DNA of 64,000 nucleotides from a virus (lineage: Duplodnaviria; Caudoviricetes): positions 11,923 through 75,922 of the IMG/VR virus record IMGVR_UViG_3300050151_000071. The stretch is one strand, 5' to 3'. Shown one piece after another: positions 54,471 through 62,326 of the stretch. Both the position numbers and the translations under genes were made by a program. Position 1 is the stretch's first letter, and each line of letters opens with the position of its first letter. Below the pieces are notes generated by a model, which worked only from the letters and a program-made list of their open reading frames with translations, searched no databases and was not told where the DNA came from.

Positions 54471-54571
54471 ATTGTCCTTGAAATGTTTGTGGCATCTTAC
54501 GGGAAGCCACTGCCCTAAAATATGACGGCAGAGAATAGTATCTCATATTCTCTGCCGAAAGTCAACTATCC

Positions 54572-55198
54572 TTACAGAACAGCTAAAGCTCTTTTGTAAA
54601 GTGTAAGTCTATGTGGTGCACCATTTTGGCCACCATTAATACGTTGTGTGATCTTGGTGAAATTAGCTTCACCACCATCTGCTATTTCGTTCAGACCGTT
54701 CTTGGTCCAAAACCAAGCTGCTGATTCAACGGCTCCACCTACTGTTTCCAGATAAGCAATAGTATCGTCTAAGTTCTTACCAATTGATCCAGCAAACGCA
54801 GCATAGTTGCTGCGACCGGTTAGTTGGATTAAACCGCGGCCCTTAAACTTCCAGCCGTCGCCGGAAGCAGCATCACCATTACCCATTCTATTTGCATAGA
54901 CGCGGTTAGCGATAGCTTGAGGGTTGCGTTCGTATTGAGCTGCTAGAGCCGCATTAGGGAAATACTTCTTGAAAGTTCTCAAGAGAGCATCCTTTGAATA
55001 GTTTAAGTTTTCTTTAGTGAAAACAAACTCACCAGATTCATGGCCGACTTGGGCAATGAAAGCTGCTGCTCTATTCTTGGTGTTGATATTGTACTTCGCA
55101 AATGCTGCATTAAGTGCAGGTACAAATGGAGTTACTGTTGAGAGTCCAACAGAACTGCAGATGTCGTCTAATTGCTTTGCGGTGATTGTGTAGCTCAT
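54572..55198 (-). CDS. Glycoside hydrolase family 19 endolysin
   Basis: AAFIAQVGHES, ENLNYS, FKGRGLIQLTG..NY, SAAWFW, RINGG; CTAAATA at 55227. Confidence 0.9.
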   Translation of the reverse strand: MSYTITAKQLDDICSSVGLSTVTPFVPALNAAFAKYNINTKNRAAAFIAQVGHESGEFVFTKENLNYSKDALLRTFKKYFPNAALAAQYERNPQAIANRVYANRMGNGDAASGDGWKFKGRGLIQLTGRSNYAAFAGSIGKNLDDTIAYLETVGGAVESAAWFWTKNGLNEIADGGEANFTKITQRINGGQNGAPHRLTLYKRALAVL

Positions 55199-55241
55199 AA
55201 TCTATCTCCATACACGTTGTTTTGTGTATTTAGGGAGATAG

Positions 55242-55389
55242 GCGGGAAGTTTGTTGACTTCCCGCACTCTGATGCATCGAAAATCGAGCCTGTCGTTATC
55301 CCAGAGTCCTTGTCTCTAAGCCAACGTTACAGGCAACAGCGAACAACGGCTATCCTCGTGATCCTTGTTCACAAAGCTAGTCGTTGTTC
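55242..55389 (-). ncRNA. Structured intergenic RNA with ACAAGGA hairpin loops
   Basis: GTGA-ACAAGGA-TCAC and GAG-ACAAGGA-CTC hairpins nested in GAACAACG/CGTTGTTC and GCCTGT/ACAGGC stems. Confidence 0.45.
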
Positions 55390-55416
55390 TAATGTAGTAT
55401 ATAGCAAATGTTCTTC

Positions 55417-56016
55417 TTAGAACTTCTTGCCATCTTCTTTTAATCTGTTCTCGATCTTATGATCGGAACGATTGGCGTTGAAGTTACGCTTTTGGTCCAT
55501 CACATCAAACAAGTCGATCTGGTGAACTCTTGCAACTGCTATGGTCATTGCAAGACCCTTTGCAAGTTCTTCTCTGTATTGGGCAGTTCTACCCTTACGG
55601 AGATGTTCCATAGCAGCCGAAGTTCTATTAACAATTTCCATCAACCGACTACGGACGTTGGAAATCAATAGGAGATTCTTAACGTAAGAGCCTAACAGAT
55701 TATCAAAGTTATCAATTACGATTGGTTCTCCACCGTGTAATGAAGCTTCCGCTCCAAGTACATCTAGTTGTCGAATACCAACATCCGCTAGTTCAACGTC
55801 GAACATAGGGAGCTCGGGGAGCTTGTCGTCATTCAAGTTGTTTGTGAAGCCATCATCGGCTTCAGATACTTCACTCACAACCAACATTAAAATTTCGGGA
55901 CGGCTACGCGTAGCCAGAGCTGATGTCTTTGTATTGATATCGCTCCACCATCCGGCGTCAACGTTACCTTGGTGTACTTGTTTTGCTAAGTCGTTTACTT
56001 GTTGTACTAAGCTCAT
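55417..56016 (-). CDS. MazG-like NTP pyrophosphatase, internally duplicated
   Basis: SEVSEA...ELAD, second degenerate EELA repeat, K..FN..R. Confidence 0.75.
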   Translation of the reverse strand: MSLVQQVNDLAKQVHQGNVDAGWWSDINTKTSALATRSRPEILMLVVSEVSEADDGFTNNLNDDKLPELPMFDVELADVGIRQLDVLGAEASLHGGEPIVIDNFDNLLGSYVKNLLLISNVRSRLMEIVNRTSAAMEHLRKGRTAQYREELAKGLAMTIAVARVHQIDLFDVMDQKRNFNANRSDHKIENRLKEDGKKF

Positions 56017-56017
56017 A

Positions 56018-56635
56018 TTATATCTTTCGGTATGACGCCTTACGGACGCCCTTCTCAACTAAAATAAAACCCTGCGGCAATAGCCAGTCTTCAAATGCTT
56101 GGTGATCATAGTTACCAATGTCATCAAAAACAAACATTCCACCTTGCAGGGTCCGTGGAATGAAAAACTCAGCTTCTGCAATCAATGGCAGGTGAGCGTG
56201 AGGACCATCAAAATGAATTACAGCATACTTGTCTGCAATTCTCTTAACGTGGGAATATAGTGGTACACCATTTTCAAAACGAGTAAAGAATTCGGTGTCT
56301 TCAAGAATAAACACTAACACATTAATACGATCGTTTACTTCATCTGAAAGATACTGATATAAATCTTTCATACAACGGTTGCGCATCTCGTTGGTATAAT
56401 CGTGCCGGGTAGCAATTCCTTCGGCCGTTTCATATTCAATGTTGCCATATGGATCGATAGCAATGTGTGTACGATCAAACTGATCGGTAATTGCTAACGC
56501 TTCAATCATCCACTTTGATCCACCACCTTCACGCAAACCAATTTCACATGAAAGTGCATTACGATCAAGTTGTGCAACACCACCAACTGCTCTGAATAGT
56601 ATTTCATATTCAGCGCTATCTGTAGTTAATGCCAT
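56018..56635 (-). CDS. Class I SAM-dependent methyltransferase
   Basis: CEIGLREGG, AIDPY, IHFDGPH, FVFDD. Confidence 0.78.
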   Translation of the reverse strand: MALTTDSAEYEILFRAVGGVAQLDRNALSCEIGLREGGGSKWMIEALAITDQFDRTHIAIDPYGNIEYETAEGIATRHDYTNEMRNRCMKDLYQYLSDEVNDRINVLVFILEDTEFFTRFENGVPLYSHVKRIADKYAVIHFDGPHAHLPLIAEAEFFIPRTLQGGMFVFDDIGNYDHQAFEDWLLPQGFILVEKGVRKASYRKI

Positions 56636-56641
56636 ACTATA

Positions 56642-57052
56642 TTATTTCCTTTTCCCAATAGTATACTTGGGTACTAACACCCAATTCTTTTTATCTTTAA
56701 AAGGTATGACTTTGACTTTGCTGATCTCTGCTATTGGTTCTAAAGTCGTTTGGATCACTTTTACAAGCTTCCATTGTTCCAATAGTTGCACTATCTTATT
56801 CCGTCGTGCTTCATCTTCTAAATTATACGTTGTATCGTTACCATCTATAGCTAGCATTTCTTTAAAATGCATGATTGCATAACGATTACGTTTATGGAGA
56901 ATATGACAAGTCTGAAACAGTTTGTTTTCGTTACGAGCTGGTACCCCTAATCGTGTTAGTGTCTCAGCTACCTTAAGGAAATCGTCAGGACTTAGGAGTT
57001 CAACTTCTATTCCATACCCATTGAATATATCATTACTTTCGACTACCGCCAC
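56642..57052 (-). CDS. regA: RegA translational repressor
   Basis: DDFLKV.ETLTR.G, L.Q.CHILHK, Y.I.HFKE, W.LVPKY.IG. Confidence 0.95.
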   Translation of the reverse strand: MAVVESNDIFNGYGIEVELLSPDDFLKVAETLTRLGVPARNENKLFQTCHILHKRNRYAIMHFKEMLAIDGNDTTYNLEDEARRNKIVQLLEQWKLVKVIQTTLEPIAEISKVKVIPFKDKKNWVLVPKYTIGKRK

Positions 57053-57461
57053 TTACTCCACCCTCATCGTGTTTTGTTCTTATTGTGTTGAGCTGCTCTT
57101 TTGAGAGCAATGAGAGGGTTTCAGTTGCTAGGCGAATGTTGTAGCCGTACGCTTGTTGCACTAATTTCAAATCATCACTATCAATAGGCTTAGACCATTT
57201 CGAAAAACGTTTCCGAGGTCTAACACTATTTAGGTGGTAACGATATTGCAGCTTTTTGTCTAGTGCTGGATACATGTTCATGTCGTTGGCGAACAATACA
57301 GTATCGATGTGATATGACATTGCACGGTTTACGATGAACGGCACATATTGCTTCTCTGCTGTACCATCATGATCATCTTCCATGAGATCTCTCTTACCTG
57401 AGTTGATCTCATTCAGGAAGTCGAATGGAGAAAGCTTCTTTTGTTTGACGTCATTACTCAC
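57033..57461 (-). CDS. 62: Clamp loader small subunit (gp62)
   Basis: PFDFLN, Y.PFIVNR, MN.Y, RFSKW. Confidence 0.9.
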   Translation of the reverse strand: MSNDVKQKKLSPFDFLNEINSGKRDLMEDDHDGTAEKQYVPFIVNRAMSYHIDTVLFANDMNMYPALDKKLQYRYHLNSVRPRKRFSKWSKPIDSDDLKLVQQAYGYNIRLATETLSLLSKEQLNTIRTKHDEGGVSGGSRK

Positions 57462-57723
57462 GATACAACAACTTTATTTGACGTTCAGCTTCTTCTTGTT
57501 GGTGACTAGGAAAGCCAGCTCTAAACTCAGCTTTGGAAGCCTCAAGTTGCTTCTTACCATACCATCTGTTTTTGAAAACCCAATCCCCAAACTTCTTACG
57601 ATACCGAACTCTGAAGTTAAAGGCCCAAAGTCGGAGTCTAAAGCCAGCTGAATGTTCATCTTCAAGTGGATAGAAGTTAAAGCCGAACTTTGTTGCATCT
57701 CCCTCTCTAACAAATCTAAGCAT
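57454..57723 (-). CDS. Hypothetical protein
   Basis: ORF fills the gap between 44 and 62 with overlaps at both ends. Confidence 0.55.
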   Translation of the reverse strand: MLRFVREGDATKFGFNFYPLEDEHSAGFRLRLWAFNFRVRYRKKFGDWVFKNRWYGKKQLEASKAEFRAGFPSHQQEEAERQIKLLYRE

Positions 57724-58679
57724 TACTTAAACCTACAGTTAGCCATAACCTCAACGAAGAAGGCTACAAGGTTCACTTCTTGGTCTGCAACCCATGCGGC
57801 CTTAAACTGATAGTCAGCAATATGAAGAATGAGTACAGGGACAGTGTCATCAGAAAGCTTAGGAGCTAGATCGTCGTAGAACTTACGGAACACAGTTGAC
57901 GCATCAACATCGCTATGCTCGCCTGCCCACTTGCGAATCTCTGTGAAGTTCTTAGCCTTCAATAGGTCGTAGAGCTTGTTCCAATCACCATCAGAAAGGT
58001 TCGCTAGAATACCATCATCGATCGTGCCGGTTGACGAGTATGCTTGCATCTCATTAATCACTTTACGCCAGTTCGGCATATACTTTGTAATTAATTGTGC
58101 AACTGCATTTTTGTCGTAGTTAATCCCTTCTTTTTCCAGGATTTCTTTGGCCCGCTTAAAGAATTCAAGGGCCATAGTCTTCTTCTCAGTCGCGGTGACT
58201 TTGAAGTCGATTTGTGCTAGTCTACCAACGAGGGGATCGATGATCTTCTGTGGATAGTTGCACGTGAAGATAAACCCACAGTTAGCAGAATACTCTTCAA
58301 TGAATCGACGAAGAGCTGGTTGAGTTGCGTGGGATAGATAGTCAGCTTCATCTAGGATAACCATCTTGCGTTCTCCGTCCATAGAGACGGTCGCAGCAAA
58401 CTGCTCAATTCGGTTACGTAGGACGTCAATAGTACCGTCCTTGGATCCGTTGATAATTAGGTATTCGATTCCAAGCTCTTCACACATTGCTACCGCAACT
58501 GTGGTCTTCCCTACTCCCGACGATCCTGAAAGAAGCAGGTTGGGAATATCTTTGTTGTCCACATACTTCTGGAACTTGTCCTTCATGTCTTGTGGTAGAA
58601 TACATTGCTGTACAGTCTTCGGGCGATACTTCTCAGCCCAAACCATATTACGAATGTCGTTGTCCAAATTTATACTCAC
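57723..58679 (-). CDS. 44: Clamp loader large subunit (gp44)
   Basis: WAEKYRP, G.GKTT, DEADY, CGFIFTCN. Confidence 0.95.
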   Translation of the reverse strand: MSINLDNDIRNMVWAEKYRPKTVQQCILPQDMKDKFQKYVDNKDIPNLLLSGSSGVGKTTVAVAMCEELGIEYLIINGSKDGTIDVLRNRIEQFAATVSMDGERKMVILDEADYLSHATQPALRRFIEEYSANCGFIFTCNYPQKIIDPLVGRLAQIDFKVTATEKKTMALEFFKRAKEILEKEGINYDKNAVAQLITKYMPNWRKVINEMQAYSSTGTIDDGILANLSDGDWNKLYDLLKAKNFTEIRKWAGEHSDVDASTVFRKFYDDLAPKLSDDTVPVLILHIADYQFKAAWVADQEVNLVAFFVEVMANCRFK

Positions 58680-58690
58680 TTATTACATTA

Positions 58691-58921
58691 TTAATTCCAC
58701 CGGACAATGCCGATGATGTTCACGATAGTGTATACGACGTACATGGAAAAAATCCCATAGGCTTTCTTTCGAACTGCCCATCCTATTAGGAATACGTTTG
58801 AAACAATATAGAGGACGAAGCCCCATTTTGAATATGGTAAGTTTACAGCAATTAGCAGGCTTCCGGCAACGCCTAAAATGGCTCCGATAGCTTCAATTGC
58901 TCTGTTGAATGTGATCTTCAT
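58691..58921 (-). CDS. Three-TM membrane protein resembling half of a PnuC/SWEET transporter
   Basis: Three hydrophobic helices ending VNIIGIVRW. Confidence 0.6.
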   Translation of the reverse strand: MKITFNRAIEAIGAILGVAGSLLIAVNLPYSKWGFVLYIVSNVFLIGWAVRKKAYGIFSMYVVYTIVNIIGIVRWN

Positions 58922-58929
58922 CGCTTACC

Positions 58930-58970
58930 AAAAAAGAAAGAGCTTAGAGCTATCCGCCCTAAGCTCTTTC
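58930..58970 (-). terminator. Rho-independent terminator closing the ncRNA array
   Basis: 12-bp GAAAGAGCTTAG/CTAAGCTCTTTC stem followed by TTTTTT. Confidence 0.8.
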
Positions 58971-58994
58971 AGGATAAAGTATAACTAAAATAAC

Positions 58995-59122
58995 AGGTTG
59001 TACATTTCTACGTGCTCTACCATCTGAGCTACTTCCCCATAAGTAATATGGCGGGGAAGGTTGGATTCGAACCAACGACACCGTCCTTAACATGGAATGA
59101 AAATTGTTGCTGTAGACAACCT
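58995..59122 (-). ncRNA. Y-RNA-like element 1 (circularly permuted tRNA module)
   Basis: AGGTTGT/ACAACCT stem, ACAGCA; order T-arm, acceptor 3' strand CTTCCCC, loop, acceptor 5' strand GGGGAAG, D-arm. Confidence 0.8.
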
Positions 59123-59147
59123 ACTTTAAAATGATTACTAACTATAC

Positions 59148-59284
59148 GGGTTGTGTTTTGTGTTTCAGATGCGTCTACCGTTCCGCCACTCCCCCTCAAA
59201 AAATTGTGGTGGGGGATCCAGGATTTGAACCTGTAATGCCCGAAGGCGTCTGTTTTCATAAACGAGTGTTGCTGAAAACAACCC
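59148..59284 (-). ncRNA. Y-RNA-like element 2 (permuted Leu-type tRNA module)
   Basis: GGGTTGT/ACAACCC stem, TCAGCA; variable arm, T-arm TTCAAAT, TCCCCC/GGGGGA acceptor closed by a loop, Leu-type D-arm. Confidence 0.8.
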
Positions 59285-59310
59285 AATCTTTATGCTACTA
59301 AAATAATACC

Positions 59311-59391
59311 AGGATGGATTTGAACCAGCTAAGTTTGCGTTGAAAGCAAAGTGTGAACCAATCACATTGTTAGTGGTGCTGGAACCATCCT
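59311..59391 (-). ncRNA. Y-RNA-like element 3
   Basis: AGGATGG/CCATCCT stem, CCAGCA; hairpins TGTGA/TCACA and TTTGC-TTTCAAC-GCAAA; T-loop TTCAAAT. Confidence 0.7.
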
Positions 59392-59404
59392 ATTTGAATT
59401 GTGC

Positions 59405-59461
59405 GGGCTTGCTCTTGTTTTTTCTCAAATGAAAATTAAGGGTAAGTGCTGTATGAAGCCC
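59405..59461 (-). ncRNA. Y-RNA-like element 4 (minimal)
   Basis: GGGCTT/AAGCCC stem and ACAGCA motif; no tRNA module. Confidence 0.6.
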
Positions 59462-59475
59462 AATTGTCTTTGATC

Positions 59476-59482
59476 TATTTAG
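59476..59482 (-). promoter_or_regulatory. Late promoter CTAAATA upstream of the ncRNA array
   Basis: 15 nt upstream of element 4. Confidence 0.5.
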
Positions 59483-59522
59483 CAGTCTACCTCAATCTTG
59501 GATCAAAGTAAACTGCTAATTT

Positions 59523-60989
59523 TTAGATTTTTGTATCAACTCCGAAGACGTCATAGCGATCGTTACCAATCGTATCCATCATCGTTTCGAAAGGCGTTAC
59601 CGACTTGTTCGAAAGAGCTGTTTTCATGATCGAAGGAGAGAATCCTGAGATCATTGCGGTTCCTGTTTCTGTCATCGTGACTGGGCTATTGCCCACACGA
59701 GCATTCAGGTTCCAGAAGATGATGCTCGGACGAGTATAACCAGCCCGTGCATACTTGTTGTCGATAGTTGAGAAGTTCTCAGAAGTCCGTTGCTCAGAGC
59801 GGCTGTAGTAACCACCTTGTCCAGTTGCACTATTGAACTCCATGTCAGACATGATGATCAAGTGCGTTGGCATATCTTTAGCATCAACGTTATGCTTTAC
59901 AGCAGTGTCGAGGATAAGATCAAATGCCGACTGTAGATTTGTTGAACCACCCCAGTTAGAAGTTTGCATATCACGGAGACGCTTGTCAAGACGATCCTTT
60001 GGATTTGTCTTGATCCACTCCGACTTAGTGTTGAAGTTGATCGCACGGTCCTTGAAAGGACCTGTGTTGCGTTCAGCGATATACAAGCCCAACGAAACCG
60101 CCACTTGCATACAAGATACTTGTCCTGACGCAGGTGACGACATTGATCCTGAGGTATCTACCAACGGTAGGAGACGAATTCCTTCCGGGATAAAGTTTGG
60201 AAGACGGGCCCAAGCTTCGTTAGCGTATTCAGCTTGACCACCTTGTAGGGCCGTACGATATAGATCGTGAGGGTACAGAGTACCAACGTTGATCTTCTTC
60301 GAAGGATCCTTCTTCAAGGAATCCAAGAACTCTTGGTATCGAGTACCATCTTGCTTCTTGAAAGCACGCGCATAACGCGCAGCAGCAACAGAAGGAGTAT
60401 GTTCGTACTTGATCTCAGCCCAGTTCTTGGCACACATCTGTGATTCAACCACTTCAGTATTGCGTGCAAGAACCTTACGATATTGACGTGGAGTCAAACC
60501 AAGGAACTGACGAAGATGTAGAGCAGTCAGATCCTTAGGAGTTGCCTTACGAGGCATCCACTTTGCACAGAGACGATCACCAGCAGCCAAAGCTCGGCCA
60601 ATCATTCCGTATGCAACTTCACGTCCTGCTGGAGTATCAACTACTAGCAAGTCGTCCCAACGACCAAGTTCCGGTACCTTTGCCGCTACACGTTCAAAGA
60701 CATCAAAGTCATTGCGTTCAAGCCACTTTAGGACTGCTCGGAAAGTGTCCCGGCGACCTGAGCCACCACGAACGTCCCGTCCCCAAAGTGCTACACGTGT
60801 AGCAATCTCTTTGTGTTCCTTATATGCCTGAGCAAACAAATCCAAGAACTGATCTAGATTCTTAGGCGAACCTACTGTTCCAAAGAGATCCACACACTTC
60901 GAACCAGAGGTGCTTAGTGTGCGAGCTCCGTTAGCTGTAAGTGCTAAATCAGAAGTCGAGTTTTCAAATGCTGCAACGAGTGCGTTCAT
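59523..60989 (-). CDS. DUF2828-type helical + vWA protein (Ro60/TROVE-like architecture)
   Basis: RDVRGG.G.R, GRWDDLL, AKWMPR, YRK; vWA MIDAS DTSGS, GGST, SDMEF. Confidence 0.8.
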   Translation of the reverse strand: MNALVAAFENSTSDLALTANGARTLSTSGSKCVDLFGTVGSPKNLDQFLDLFAQAYKEHKEIATRVALWGRDVRGGSGRRDTFRAVLKWLERNDFDVFERVAAKVPELGRWDDLLVVDTPAGREVAYGMIGRALAAGDRLCAKWMPRKATPKDLTALHLRQFLGLTPRQYRKVLARNTEVVESQMCAKNWAEIKYEHTPSVAAARYARAFKKQDGTRYQEFLDSLKKDPSKKINVGTLYPHDLYRTALQGGQAEYANEAWARLPNFIPEGIRLLPLVDTSGSMSSPASGQVSCMQVAVSLGLYIAERNTGPFKDRAINFNTKSEWIKTNPKDRLDKRLRDMQTSNWGGSTNLQSAFDLILDTAVKHNVDAKDMPTHLIIMSDMEFNSATGQGGYYSRSEQRTSENFSTIDNKYARAGYTRPSIIFWNLNARVGNSPVTMTETGTAMISGFSPSIMKTALSNKSVTPFETMMDTIGNDRYDVFGVDTKI

Positions 60990-61017
60990 AATATCACCTA
61001 TTATCAGGATTAAGGAA

Positions 61018-61101
61018 TGGCGCGACTGGAGGGATTCGAACCCCCATTTTCAACATCCATTACGGTTTTCTGCGTTCGAAGCGCAGGCCGAGTACAGTCG
61101 C
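61018..61101 (-). tRNA. D-armless tRNA-like RNA, anticodon TCG
   Basis: GCGACTG/CAGTCGC + G + CCA; CTGCG-CTTCGAA-CGCAG; 8-nt D-replacement; 24-nt variable region; canonical T-arm. Confidence 0.75.
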
Positions 61102-61112
61102 TTATTTTAAGT

Positions 61113-61192
61113 TGGTCGATCCCGAGACGCGTTCGCATCGTCCATCTCCGCCCTGTACGGGTGGTGTGATTACTCTTATCACTACGAGTCGA
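61113..61192 (-). ncRNA. Degenerate tRNA-like RNA
   Basis: TCGA/TCGA end pairing + CCA; GTGAT/ATCAC D-like arm; CCACC/GGCGG arm; atypical T-loop. Confidence 0.45.
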
Positions 61193-61231
61193 TAAATGGT
61201 AAACTCTACATAGTAGAAAGGAGTTTACCAA

Positions 61232-61660
61232 ATGAGAAACATCTCAACAGAAGCAATATTGAACGCAATAGCGAACACTAGCTCAATGAGAGAAGCTGCT
61301 CTCTATTTACAAATACCAAACGGTACTTTTAGAGAAAAAGCAAAGAAACTTGGCGTATATGTTCCTAATCAAGGAAGAAAAGGTGGCCTACGAACCGCAT
61401 ACCAAATTGCAGCTAACGAAAATCGAAGAAAATCAACATATGAAGTTTCTAGGAACACTATTAAAGCTAAGTTTCTTAGAGAGACTAACCCCAAATATGA
61501 ATGCGATGACTGTGGCATATATGAGTGGAAAAATAAACCACTATCCTTACAGTTAGACCATATTGATGGAAATCCAACTAATAACGATTTCAGTAATCTC
61601 AGATTACTGTGCCCGAACTGTCACACCCAAACACCTACTTGGGGTAGAAAGAAAAGATAG
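61232..61660 (+). mobile_element. Free-standing HNH homing endonuclease
   Basis: CDDC...LQLDHIDG...NLRLLCPNCH; same family as 25279..25743. Confidence 0.88.
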
Positions 61661-61666
61661 GTTAGG

Positions 61667-62089
61667 TTAGCTCTTTAGAATTTGAGCTACCTGAGCAGAG
61701 TTGACTTGTCCTGGAAATTCCGCATTTAGAATTTCCATGAGTGGCTTCATGCTCTTAATACTAAATTCTAAACTGTTTTGAGCCATGAATCGATTTATGG
61801 CTACAAAAAGCTCAAGTTCTGTTAACTGTGTTGGAAGGTATGATTCAAGAATCAATCTTTCCTTCTCCAGTTCTTCAGTATTTGCAATCTTAGCTGCATC
61901 TTGATTTTGAGTCAACAGCTTTTTTAGATTACTGATCATTTCTGCGTCAGTTTTTTCTTCCGCACGAAGACCATCCTTGCCCACGATCGAAATCTGAGCT
62001 ACCACGTGTCCTAGGAACGAAGACTTATGACTATCACGTGCCTTCATAGCAGCGATACGGTCAGCTTTGATTTGCAATAGAACGGACAT
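61667..62089 (-). CDS. GatB/YqeY-domain protein
   Basis: IKADRIAAMKA...LKK...E..ILESYLP.QL. Confidence 0.8.
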   Translation of the reverse strand: MSVLLQIKADRIAAMKARDSHKSSFLGHVVAQISIVGKDGLRAEEKTDAEMISNLKKLLTQNQDAAKIANTEELEKERLILESYLPTQLTELELFVAINRFMAQNSLEFSIKSMKPLMEILNAEFPGQVNSAQVAQILKS

Positions 62090-62125
62090 GATAACCTCTA
62101 AATAATTCTCGAATGGAGATGACAA

Positions 62126-62326
62126 ATGAAAGTACTAATTCCAATTGCCGTGATCTTACTTTTTACATCTTGTGCCGAGAAAGATCAACAGTTAATTCAA
62201 AAACCTATTCCAAAATCAATAGTTTTTAAACAGGATATCCAAATGTGTGGAGAACAACCGTTTCTCGTTGTTTGTCAAAGCACATGCAAAACGGATCCGA
62301 CATATGAGTGGTGCCATGCAAAGTAG
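62126..62326 (+). CDS. Lipoprotein-like ORF; probably the 5' part of a split BTLCP gene
   Basis: Signal peptide with lipobox FTSC; C...P...C motif. Confidence 0.55.
   Translation: MKVLIPIAVILLFTSCAEKDQQLIQKPIPKSIVFKQDIQMCGEQPFLVVCQSTCKTDPTYEWCHAK

Noticed and set aside
58995-59461. CRISPR mini-array, or normal tRNA genes, or the ORFs 59029..59286 and 59165..59365
   Set aside because: The repeats are structural rather than identical direct repeats, the tRNA parts are permuted with no anticodon loop, and the ORFs lack coding signals
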